Source of the DNA: a bacterium
Lineage (GTDB): Bacteria > SZUA-182 > DTGQ01
Assembly: GCA_040752695.1 (NCBI GenBank)
Contig: JBFMGO010000017.1
Location: 5,048-69,047, forward strand
Reading direction: 5' to 3'
DNA: 64,000 nucleotides
Both the position numbers and the translations under genes were made by a program. Below the pieces are notes generated by a model, which worked only from the letters and a program-made list of their open reading frames with translations, searched no databases and had not been told where the DNA came from. Positions within the stretch are counted from its first letter, which is position 1. Every line of letters begins with the position of its first letter. Positions 29,736-37,884 of the stretch are shown here, one piece after another.

Positions 29736-29993
29736 ATGCCAATAATCAGCCAATTTCTTGGGATCATCATTGCGATGTATTGGGATGATCATTTGCCCCC
29801 ACATTTTCACGCCAAATATGGAGGGTATGAAATTATAGTAAATATACTCAATGGAGTAATAGAGGGGAAGTTTCCCAAAAGAGCGCTCAGACATGTTCTG
29901 GAATGGTATGAGTTACATAAAGATGAATTGCTGGAAGATTGGGAACTTTGTCGAAAGCAAGAACAACCAAAACCAATTGAACCATTGGAGTAA
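29736..29993 (+). CDS. DUF4160-family protein (putative TA toxin)
   Basis: MPIISQFLGIIIAMYWDDHLPPHFHAKY...EWYELHKDEL...IEPLE. Confidence 0.9.
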   Translation: MPIISQFLGIIIAMYWDDHLPPHFHAKYGGYEIIVNILNGVIEGKFPKRALRHVLEWYELHKDELLEDWELCRKQEQPKPIEPLE

Positions 29994-29995
29994 AA

Positions 29996-30289
29996 ATGAT
30001 TTTGCATGTTACAAATGCAATATATATTGGGGATTATAAGGTAGAAGTATCTTTTAATGATGGACGCAAAGGGGTGGCCGATTTATCGGAGTCCTTAAAA
30101 GGCCCCGTTTTTGAGCCTCTGAAAGACAAGGCAATTTTTTCTCAACTGAAAGTTGATGAAGTCCTTGAAACAATTACCTGGCCAAACGGAGCAGATTTTG
30201 CACCAGAGTATTTATATTTTCAAGCGCTTAAGAGCAAAGCAGAACCAGAATTGCAGGCGAAATTTAAGGAGTGGGGATACGTTACCTGA
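29996..30289 (+). CDS. DUF2442-family protein (putative TA antitoxin)
   Basis: VSFNDG...GPVFEPLKD...TITWPNGADFAPEYLY; the usual partner of DUF4160. Confidence 0.9.
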   Translation: MILHVTNAIYIGDYKVEVSFNDGRKGVADLSESLKGPVFEPLKDKAIFSQLKVDEVLETITWPNGADFAPEYLYFQALKSKAEPELQAKFKEWGYVT

Positions 30290-30450
30290 TTAGTGATTAC
30301 TCAGGTAGATAGGTTATAGGCGTTTAGACTACGAAATCAGGGTCAGCCTTTGAATTTACAAGTAACAAACTGATAATACTCTCGATATAAGGTAATGTAT
30401 TTATCCAACGATAAATAAAAACAGCATTAAGAAGGATGTGTCAGTCTTGA

Positions 30451-30717
30451 GTGCGCCAGGCGAAGCCTGCACTTATCCAGTTGGTTGAGAAGCCAACCTG
30501 GTAAAGTTTAACCAACAGCCAGAACCGAGTTTTGCACCTATACAGGTAACTGCATGGGTGAAGCGTAAACTAGGGAGACAGTAGGCCGTAATCCGATGAG
30601 GGTGAAGGCGAGTCAGCTTCGAAAATGACAATCGTTGTGGAGTAAGCTGACGTGATTCAAGACACGGAAAGCAGCAACGAAGCCATCGTTAAGAGGTGAG
30701 ATGGTGGAAACTCCACT
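30451..30717 (+). mobile_element. Group II intron 5' fragment (most of domain I, including EBS1), copy 2
   Basis: GTGCG start directly after GTCTTGA. GTGGAGT...ACTCCAC stem encloses the hairpin CGTG-ATTCAAGA-CACG (30651-30666), whose loop TCAAGA is the reverse complement of the 5'-exon end TCTTGA. Confidence 0.85.
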
Positions 30718-30863
30718 GAAATCAGGAATGGGATAGTGGAAGGGAAAATGTCAAAGCGTGCTCTTAAAATGGTTTTCGAGTGGTATGAGCAGCATACTGA
30801 CGAATTACTCATGAATTGGGAGTTGGCGAAGGAAAGAAAGCCATTAAAAAAATAGAGCCTTAG
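30718..30863 (+). pseudogene. C-terminal fragment of a second DUF4160 gene, fused to the truncated intron
   Basis: EIRNGIVEGKMSKRALKMVFEWYEQHTDELLMNWELAKERKPLKK, frameshift, IEPL. Homologous to the C-terminal half of 29736-29993. Confidence 0.82.
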
Positions 30864-30914
30864 ATCCATTCGAGAAGGGGCATATTTGAAAATAATATGA
30901 AATCTGCAAGTAAA

Positions 30915-31304
30915 TTACCAAATAGTCTTAATAGAAGGGAGTTTTTGGAGTGTTTCATCTTTGGTAATGAGGGGGCAACTAAGATATTTCGCTGTTGAAG
31001 CAATTATTTTGTCATGTAATTCAGGGACTTCTTTCAGGGCAACCATTTTCTGAAGAATGGGATAGTCGAGTGCAATGAGTACAAAATTCTCACTCATATA
31101 CATTCTCTTAAATAAATTTTTGAAATTGAAAGTAATACGCTTTTTCTCAAAGATACTCAGTGATTCAGCAATGACAATCGAAGGAATAAAAATAACAGCA
31201 TCTCCTTTTTCACATTTTTCAAAAATCTCTAAAGCTTTAGGACTGATTTGGGGGCTGTCTGTAAACCACCAGAGAAGTGCATGGGTATCAGCTACGAAGT
31301 TCAT
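30915..31304 (-). CDS. VapC/PIN-domain toxin
   Basis: FVADTHALLWWF, IPSIVIAE, ELHDKIIASTA...PLITKDE. Confidence 0.9.
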   Translation of the reverse strand: MNFVADTHALLWWFTDSPQISPKALEIFEKCEKGDAVIFIPSIVIAESLSIFEKKRITFNFKNLFKRMYMSENFVLIALDYPILQKMVALKEVPELHDKIIASTAKYLSCPLITKDETLQKLPSIKTIW

Positions 31305-31311
31305 AGATACC

Positions 31312-31527
31312 TTACAATCCTATTTTGCTATCGAGAGATTCTTTTGCAGAGTCAATGTCTTGTTCAGTAATTTCTATCCCTTTGAGAATACCTTTAAGCG
31401 AGATAACTTTTTTCCCGGAAGGTGTGAGACGTTTGAGAACCGATAGTTTCAGATCCATAACTTCTTTCTCAATATTTTCGATTTTATGGAGAATTTCAAC
31501 AGTGCTGTTCGCATCTGTATGCTTCAT
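31312..31527 (-). CDS. Putative antitoxin of the PIN toxin
   Basis: ATG at 31527 with AAGGAG RBS; VISLKGILKGIEITEQDIDSAKESL; immediately upstream of the PIN gene. Confidence 0.72.
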   Translation of the reverse strand: MKHTDANSTVEILHKIENIEKEVMDLKLSVLKRLTPSGKKVISLKGILKGIEITEQDIDSAKESLDSKIGL

Positions 31528-31708
31528 GATTATTATCTCCTTATGATATAGCGTAAGCTGATAAATAGTAAGCTTGTGATGGTAATAGCTTAACAAGATG
31601 ATCTTAGCATGAGGAAAATTCTTTGTCAAAAGGGAAAAGAACATTGATCAAACCATTCGTTCGGAGCTTCCGAAGAGGAGGAAGAATATTGTCTTTGCTG
31701 GTAGGTAG

Positions 31709-31904
31709 TTAATACTACAACGGGAGATTATCCAGACTCTCGCAGGGAGGGGGCCTTTTAGGTAAGGCAAAAAGAGCAACATTGGTCATTCCCGCGAAGG
31801 CTCGTCCAAGGCCCCAAGAATAGCTTGGAATCCAGAAGCCCCTATAAAGCCTGGATTCCCGCCTTCGCGGGAATGACGGTTTGAAAGTCTCGTTGTGGTA
31901 TTAA
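31709..31904. mobile_element. MITE-like element carrying a GTCATTCCCGCG palindrome
   Basis: Terminal inverted repeats TTAATACTACAACGGGA / TCTCGTTGTGGTATTAA (15 of 17 match). Internal hairpin GTCATTCCCGCGAAGGC...GCCTTCGCGGGAATGAC (31785-31877). Confidence 0.68.
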
Positions 31905-32063
31905 GATTCCTCACCATTCCCCTTCGCTTTGCTCAAGGTTTCAGCTCACATCTTCGGAATGATACGTTCACTGGGAAGCTGGCTAGTTGTATATCAAATA
32001 ATTTTAGTAAAAATAATATAAAGAGTTCGCTCATAATATAGTAGCCATCACATCCATTTTCTT

Positions 32064-32089
32064 GTCATTCCCGCGAAGGCTTAGAATCC
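32064..32089 (+). repeat. Half copy of the GTCATTCCCGCGAAGGC REP-like repeat
   Basis: GTCATTCCCGCGAAGGCTTAGAATCC; the first 17 nt are identical to 31785-31801. Confidence 0.7.
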
Positions 32090-32173
32090 GTTATGAGCGA
32101 AAGAGTTAAATACCAAAACAGGAAAGAAACGAGAAGGATAAATCATAGATCCAAAACGGAAAGGAGTGATATC

Positions 32174-35100
32174 ATGGGAAAGAGAGCACTCGAAAAGAGA
32201 GCATTGGGAAAGAGAGCACTGGGAAAGAGAAGCTTGGAAAAGGGGGCATTGGAAAAGATACCCTTTAGGAAACAACCCCTGTCTTTTTTACCGCAGTTAA
32301 GACAATCATTGATATTGCTTTCACTTTACCTATTGCTTTCTCTGTTCATCTTTCCCCTCATCTCTCCCCTCACCTCTCTCCTCCCCCTGCCCCTGTCTTC
32401 ACCCCTCTCCCTGCCCTTATCTTCGCACCTCTCCCTCCCTTCTTCCCTCACCTGCCTCCTTCCCCTCCCCTTCTCCCCCTCCCCTGCCTTTGCAGCCGGT
32501 GACTCCCTCTGTGCGCGGGTCAAGATCGAGGTTCGTCAGGAGTTGACTCTGGAGCGGCAGGCATTTGATGCGCATATGCGGATCAACAATGGCCTTTCCA
32601 CCATCACCCTGGAAAGCGTGGACATAGACGTTTCTTTCAGCGATGCGGAAGGGAATACGGTTCGGGCAAGCTATGATCCCGGCGACACCAGTGCGCTTTT
32701 TTTCATACGGCTGGATAGCATGGATAACATAAACAATGTAACCGGCACAGGATCTGTCGGGCCGTCAACCTCGGCTGACATTCACTGGCTGATAATACCC
32801 GCACCGGGCGCATCGAACGGATTGCAGGAAGGCGCGCTGTATTACGTAGGAGCAAGGCTCACTTACACGATTGGCGGTGAGGAGCATGTTACTGACGTCA
32901 CGCCGGATTATATTTTCGTCAAGCCGATGCCCATGCTGACCCTGGATTATTTCCTTCCGCGCGATGTCTTTGGCGACGATGCCTTTACTACTGAGATCGA
33001 GCCGCCCGTTCCCTATAATCTTGGGGTCAGGGTAAAGAATGACGGTGCGGGCACTGCCAAAAACCTCAAGATCGACTCTGCCCAGCCTAAAATCATCGAG
33101 AATGAGCTGGGCCTTTTGATCAACTTCGTGATCGAAGGCAGTGAGGTAAATGGAAATCAGGCCACCAAGAGCCTTCTGGCTGATTTTGGGAATATTGCAC
33201 CCCATACTTCGGGTGTGGCGAGGTGGATCATGACCTGTACTCTGTCCGGACAGTTTATATCATTCGAAGCGGAGTTTTCCCATGCGGATGAGCTTGGGGG
33301 GGAGCTCACCTCACTGATAGATGCTGTCAATACCCATTTTCTGGTTCGTGATGTGCTGGTGGACCTGCCTGGCCGGGATGCCATCCGTGACTTTCTGGCC
33401 AGTGATGGCGGGGTGTACAGGGTTTATGAATCCGAGAGTGTGGACACCGATGTTGCGGATCAGTCCTCTGATGCGAGCCTTCAGCTTGCGGGAGAGTCCG
33501 CGACCCAGGTCCGTTATACGCTATCGGCTCCAATCACCAGCGGCTTTATGTACGTACAGTTACCCGATCCGACCAACGGCCAGATGGTGCTCAGTGAGGT
33601 AGTGCGTTCCGATGGCAAGCGCATCAAGGCGGAAAATGCCTGGCTCTCCAAGACCCGCAAGGAGGACCACTCCTGGAATCACCTTATCAATCTGTTCGAT
33701 GTCAACACCACTAACTCATATACCATTGTCTTCGGGAATCCCGCCGACATCCCCGATCCTCCGGTGCTTCAGTATATTCCGGACAGAACACGGACGGAAG
33801 GAGAGCAAATGTCCTTTATCGTCGAGGCGAGCGATCCGGATGGGACAGTGCCTTCAATCACTGCTGCTCCTTTGCCTCCTGGTGCACAGTATACCGATCA
33901 GGGAAATGGCACGGGGATTTTTGACTGGACGCCGCAGGTTGGCCAGGCGGGGCGGTACGAGATCACCTTTACTGCCTCGGATGGTGTTTTGGAGGCTTCC
34001 CGGCGGGCTGCCCTCGTTATTTCTTCCCTGGTCACTGACTCGGATGGCGATGGCCTGCCCGATGACTGGGAGCTTGAGCATTTCGGGAGTCTGGATAGAA
34101 CCGGAACAGGCGACTTTGATGAAGACGGCCTGTCGGATGAGGATGAATACGCACACCAAATGGACCCCGGCCGCAGCAATGCACCGACTGTCCCGGTGAT
34201 TGCCTCACCGGCAAACAACTCCGAAGTGACAGTTCTTCAGCCGGATCTGGCAATTCAAAACAGCACCGATCCTGATGGAGATAATATCGTATATTCCTTT
34301 GAGGTTTATTCGGATCAGGGGATGACCAGCCTTGTGGCCAGCCGGCCGGATGTGCCTGAGATAACGGCAGGGACATCATGGCACCTGCCGCAGGCACTGC
34401 AAGACAATACCTGGTACTACTGGCGTGTCAGGGCAACCGACGGCATGTGCACGAGCCAGTGGGTCTATGGCCGTTTCTTTACCAATACGGTCAATGATCC
34501 TCCCGGAGCGTTTCAGGTGAGCAGCCCCAAGGATGGCTCGGCGGTGGACAGCAGGCAGCCCGTGCTGCAAGTCACCAACAGCACGGATGCAGATCAGGAC
34601 GTGATCACCTATGCCTTCAGTGTGTATGCAGACAGCGGCAGCGGCCCCGGTACCCTGATTGCCTCTGCATCGGGTATTCCACAGGGTGGGAATCAGGCTG
34701 CTGGCACCACATCCTGGACCATAGATACGACAATGGAAGACAATACACGCTATTTCTGGAAGGCAGTGGCCACGGATTCACACGGAGCGAGCATCGAAAC
34801 CCAACTCGCTTCATTCTTCGTAAACACTGCGAACGATGCGCCACAGGCGCCGGTCATTTCATCCCCTGGCGCCGGCAGCGAATTAACTATTCCGGAACTT
34901 GACCTTGTAGTCAATAATACGGTTGACGCAGATGGCGATGCCTTGAGTTATTTCTTTGAGCTCGACCAGGTGAATACCTTCGACAGCGCGGCCAAACGAA
35001 CCTCAGGCGGGCTGGATGAGGGGAGCGGCACCACTACCTCCTGGCATGTGAGCGGCCTCAGTGATAATACCCTGTATTATTGGCGCGTCAAGGCCAATGA

Positions 35101-36946
35101 CGGGACAGCGGAAAGCGGCTGGGCGCAGGGAAGCTTTATGATCAATACGGTCAATGACAGCCCCTCGGCTCCAACCTTGAAGAACCCTGGCGAAGGGGCC
35201 CAGGTGCAGACCCTCACACCGCAGCTTGAGGTGAATCCTTCAATGGATGTCGATCTTGACAGCCTCACTTACTCTTTCGAGGTTTACTCACAAGCCGATT
35301 TGATAACCCTGGTTGCTCACGGCCAATCGAGCACTCCTGCCTGGACAGTATCTTCCGCCCTTCAGGACAACACCTGGTATTACTGGAGCAGCCGTGCCGT
35401 AGACGAGCATGAAGATGTCAGCGCCTGGATGAATACGGCATCCTTCTTCGTGAATAACAACGGCGTTGACGATCCTCCGACGATCAGCGTGACAGAGCCT
35501 TCTGACGATCTGATAACCAATGGAACTTCTGTCACTTCCATCACCATCCGCTGGGATGACCATGATCCTGACAGCAATGCCGATATAGCCCTCTATCGCG
35601 ACAACGATTCCTTTGGCGAAGATGGTGTTTTGATTGCCGAAGGGATAAAAGAAGATCCAGATGGAGGAGATAATGATGCTTATACCTGGGATATCAGCGG
35701 CCTGGAAGAAGGCACCTCCCTGGAAGAAGGCACCTATTATGTGTATGCCCGGATAACCGACGGGACTTCTCCCATATCGGCTTACGCCCGGGGAGCTGTC
35801 ACGATCGACAGAACGCCGCCGCAGGTCAATGCTGCACCGGCTGGCGGAACGTATGTCGGATCTCGAAGTGTAACCCTTCAGTCCAACGAGACAGCCAGCA
35901 TTTACTATACCCTGGATGGAAGTGATCCGACATGCGCCTCCCTCAGCTATAGCACCCCAATTGCGATAACCGAGACTGCTACCCTCAAGTTTATGGCCGT
36001 AGATACGGCAGGGAACAAGAGCAATGTAATGGCTGAGACCTATACCATCGAGGCGGTCCCTGAGGTTTCGGGCTTCTCGATCGATGTAGAGGATATCACG
36101 ATCCAGCCTGGTGTGGCTTTCGACGTAACCATAACGGCCGTGGATAACCGGGATATGGTTTTCAGCGGATTCTCTGGATATGTAACCTTATCCGTATCCA
36201 GCGGGTCTATCCATCCCACTGCCACCGACCGGTTCACAGATGGTATATGGAGGGGGCAGGTTCAAATAACCGGTGCCGACGGCGTTGTTACCATGACGGC
36301 TTCAGCGGACAGTCACACAGGGACAAGGGAATTGCATATGGCATGTGCGGTTCCACAGGCTCCACTCCTCGAATACCCGGCTGAAGGAGCTGAAAATATC
36401 GATACTGGCACCGCCTTTACCTGGAATACTGTCGAGAGTGCGGACCATTATACTTTGCGCGTTGCCACGGATTATGGGCTTAATAATACCATCTATACTC
36501 AGGACTCCATCACTGCTCCCTACTTCCAGCCATCACCTGCCCAAGACTTCTTTGCACTGCTCGCAGCCGGACAGACGTACTACTGGGGAGTGAAGGGTGT
36601 TAATGAATGCGGAGAGGGTCCGTTCAGCAATCCCCGGTCCTTCATGATCACGGGAGATATAGCACCAGGCATAACCCTGGTCACTCCAGCAGGCGGAGCA
36701 ATTCTCGATGCCGGGCAACCATACCTTATTCAGTGGAATTTCACCGGTAATCCCGGATCGACGGTCCAGATCAGGTATAACACAGGCGGACGTACCTGGT
36801 ATGACATTGCCACGGCCGTACCCATAGGGGATCGGAGCTTCAGTTGGAATATACCGGCAATTGCAGCCAGTACCTGCAAAATCAAAATCGAGTCGGAGCA
36901 GGATCGTACCATTTACCATATCAGTGACCTGTTTACCATCGAATAG
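32174..36946 (+). CDS. Large secreted Ig/FN3-rich protein, probable partner of the giant RHS protein
   Basis: AAGGAG RBS before ATG 32174. Expanded signal region ending PAFA-AGD, then SLCARVKIEVRQELTLERQAFDAHMRINN domain, putative Ig domain (FDWTP), Ca-binding DSDGDGLPDDWE, four repeats ending L.DNT.YYW, and chitobiase-C-like IYYTLDGSDP. Confidence 0.88.
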   Translation: MGKRALEKRALGKRALGKRSLEKGALEKIPFRKQPLSFLPQLRQSLILLSLYLLLSLFIFPLISPLTSLLPLPLSSPLSLPLSSHLSLPSSLTCLLPLPFSPSPAFAAGDSLCARVKIEVRQELTLERQAFDAHMRINNGLSTITLESVDIDVSFSDAEGNTVRASYDPGDTSALFFIRLDSMDNINNVTGTGSVGPSTSADIHWLIIPAPGASNGLQEGALYYVGARLTYTIGGEEHVTDVTPDYIFVKPMPMLTLDYFLPRDVFGDDAFTTEIEPPVPYNLGVRVKNDGAGTAKNLKIDSAQPKIIENELGLLINFVIEGSEVNGNQATKSLLADFGNIAPHTSGVARWIMTCTLSGQFISFEAEFSHADELGGELTSLIDAVNTHFLVRDVLVDLPGRDAIRDFLASDGGVYRVYESESVDTDVADQSSDASLQLAGESATQVRYTLSAPITSGFMYVQLPDPTNGQMVLSEVVRSDGKRIKAENAWLSKTRKEDHSWNHLINLFDVNTTNSYTIVFGNPADIPDPPVLQYIPDRTRTEGEQMSFIVEASDPDGTVPSITAAPLPPGAQYTDQGNGTGIFDWTPQVGQAGRYEITFTASDGVLEASRRAALVISSLVTDSDGDGLPDDWELEHFGSLDRTGTGDFDEDGLSDEDEYAHQMDPGRSNAPTVPVIASPANNSEVTVLQPDLAIQNSTDPDGDNIVYSFEVYSDQGMTSLVASRPDVPEITAGTSWHLPQALQDNTWYYWRVRATDGMCTSQWVYGRFFTNTVNDPPGAFQVSSPKDGSAVDSRQPVLQVTNSTDADQDVITYAFSVYADSGSGPGTLIASASGIPQGGNQAAGTTSWTIDTTMEDNTRYFWKAVATDSHGASIETQLASFFVNTANDAPQAPVISSPGAGSELTIPELDLVVNNTVDADGDALSYFFELDQVNTFDSAAKRTSGGLDEGSGTTTSWHVSGLSDNTLYYWRVKANDGTAESGWAQGSFMINTVNDSPSAPTLKNPGEGAQVQTLTPQLEVNPSMDVDLDSLTYSFEVYSQADLITLVAHGQSSTPAWTVSSALQDNTWYYWSSRAVDEHEDVSAWMNTASFFVNNNGVDDPPTISVTEPSDDLITNGTSVTSITIRWDDHDPDSNADIALYRDNDSFGEDGVLIAEGIKEDPDGGDNDAYTWDISGLEEGTSLEEGTYYVYARITDGTSPISAYARGAVTIDRTPPQVNAAPAGGTYVGSRSVTLQSNETASIYYTLDGSDPTCASLSYSTPIAITETATLKFMAVDTAGNKSNVMAETYTIEAVPEVSGFSIDVEDITIQPGVAFDVTITAVDNRDMVFSGFSGYVTLSVSSGSIHPTATDRFTDGIWRGQVQITGADGVVTMTASADSHTGTRELHMACAVPQAPLLEYPAEGAENIDTGTAFTWNTVESADHYTLRVATDYGLNNTIYTQDSITAPYFQPSPAQDFFALLAAGQTYYWGVKGVNECGEGPFSNPRSFMITGDIAPGITLVTPAGGAILDAGQPYLIQWNFTGNPGSTVQIRYNTGGRTWYDIATAVPIGDRSFSWNIPAIAASTCKIKIESEQDRTIYHISDLFTIE

Positions 36947-37004
36947 CTGTTTGAGAAAAGGGGGGAGTCGTCAATCCAAAACTCATTTAAATTTCGGAGG
37001 GATC

Positions 37005-37694
37005 ATGAAGAAGTTCGTTTTGGTTAGTTTGCTGCTGGGATTCATTCTCTCAGCAGGCCGAGTACAGGCAACATCAACAGGCTTTCAAAATGCAGGATTC
37101 GAAGATGGAAACCTTCAATTTTGGAACCCATCAGGCGTTGTAACCATATCTGAAGGTGATGATTTTACCAGACCCTTTGAAGGGCGCTATATGGCCATGA
37201 TTTCATCTCCAGCGAAAAATGGCGGTGGATATGTGTATGATAATTATCTAAGCCAGGACCTCGATACGTCGATTGGAACAATTTCTTTCTGGTATAACTT
37301 TTTTACCAGGGATTATGATCTCGATGATCCCGGCTTTGCACTGTCAATTAATAATAGTGACATATTTTCACTCAGGGCCAGCGATGCCGATGTTGAATAC
37401 CATGATCCTGTCTGGACGACAGGCTGGCGTCAATTCAGTTATGATCTCTCCGCACTATCGGGAACAATCACGGTCAATTTGAGTATCTTTGGTGGTAATA
37501 CTGGTTCCGGTGGTGGAGACGATGACAATACCTTAAATTCCTGGGTATACATCGACTCTGCGGAACCGGTTTTTACACCAGGGCCGGCTGCACCTATACC
37601 TGAGCCCGGCACAATGGCACTTTTTCTGTGTGTGGGATTCTTTTTCCTGTTCATGTTCTTAGGGCAAAGGCAGAAATTAACGGCAACAAAGTAG
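37005..37694 (+). CDS. PEP-CTERM sorting-signal protein
   Basis: GGAGG RBS, signal peptide MKKFVLVSLLLGFILSAGRVQA, FQNAGFEDG beta-sandwich start, and C-terminal IPEPGT + TM helix + basic RQK tail. Confidence 0.9.
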   Translation: MKKFVLVSLLLGFILSAGRVQATSTGFQNAGFEDGNLQFWNPSGVVTISEGDDFTRPFEGRYMAMISSPAKNGGGYVYDNYLSQDLDTSIGTISFWYNFFTRDYDLDDPGFALSINNSDIFSLRASDADVEYHDPVWTTGWRQFSYDLSALSGTITVNLSIFGGNTGSGGGDDDNTLNSWVYIDSAEPVFTPGPAAPIPEPGTMALFLCVGFFFLFMFLGQRQKLTATK

Positions 37695-37712
37695 GCCCAG
37701 GCAGGGATAATA

Positions 37713-37794
37713 GGGTCACAGAAAGACTGTTTTAAAAGGGTCGCAGAACGACTGTTGCTTTTGAAAGGTCACAGAAACGACTGTTTTAAAAAGG
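37713..37794. repeat. Three imperfect 25-28 bp intergenic direct repeats
   Basis: GGTCACAGAAAGACTGTTTTAAAAG / GGTCGCAGAACGACTGTTGCTTTTGAAA / GGTCACAGAAACGACTGTTTTAAAAAGG. Confidence 0.8.
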
Positions 37795-37884
37795 AAAGAA
37801 ATAGGAAGAACTGAAAAACCGGCTCAGTCCAAAAAGGAAGCGGTACCTGTTTGGGATGGCATTTGTCATAAGGAAAAGATGTGA

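Noticed and set aside
27623-31530. Classical integron or CALIN
   Set aside because: No intI, and I could not find RYYYAAC...GTTRRRY attC palindromes after the genes. IntegronFinder would settle it.
37713-37794. Possible CRISPR, or more copies of the GGGTCA cassette motif
   Set aside because: No spacers. It begins GGGTCA but lacks the YTTGA half and is not beside cassette genes.
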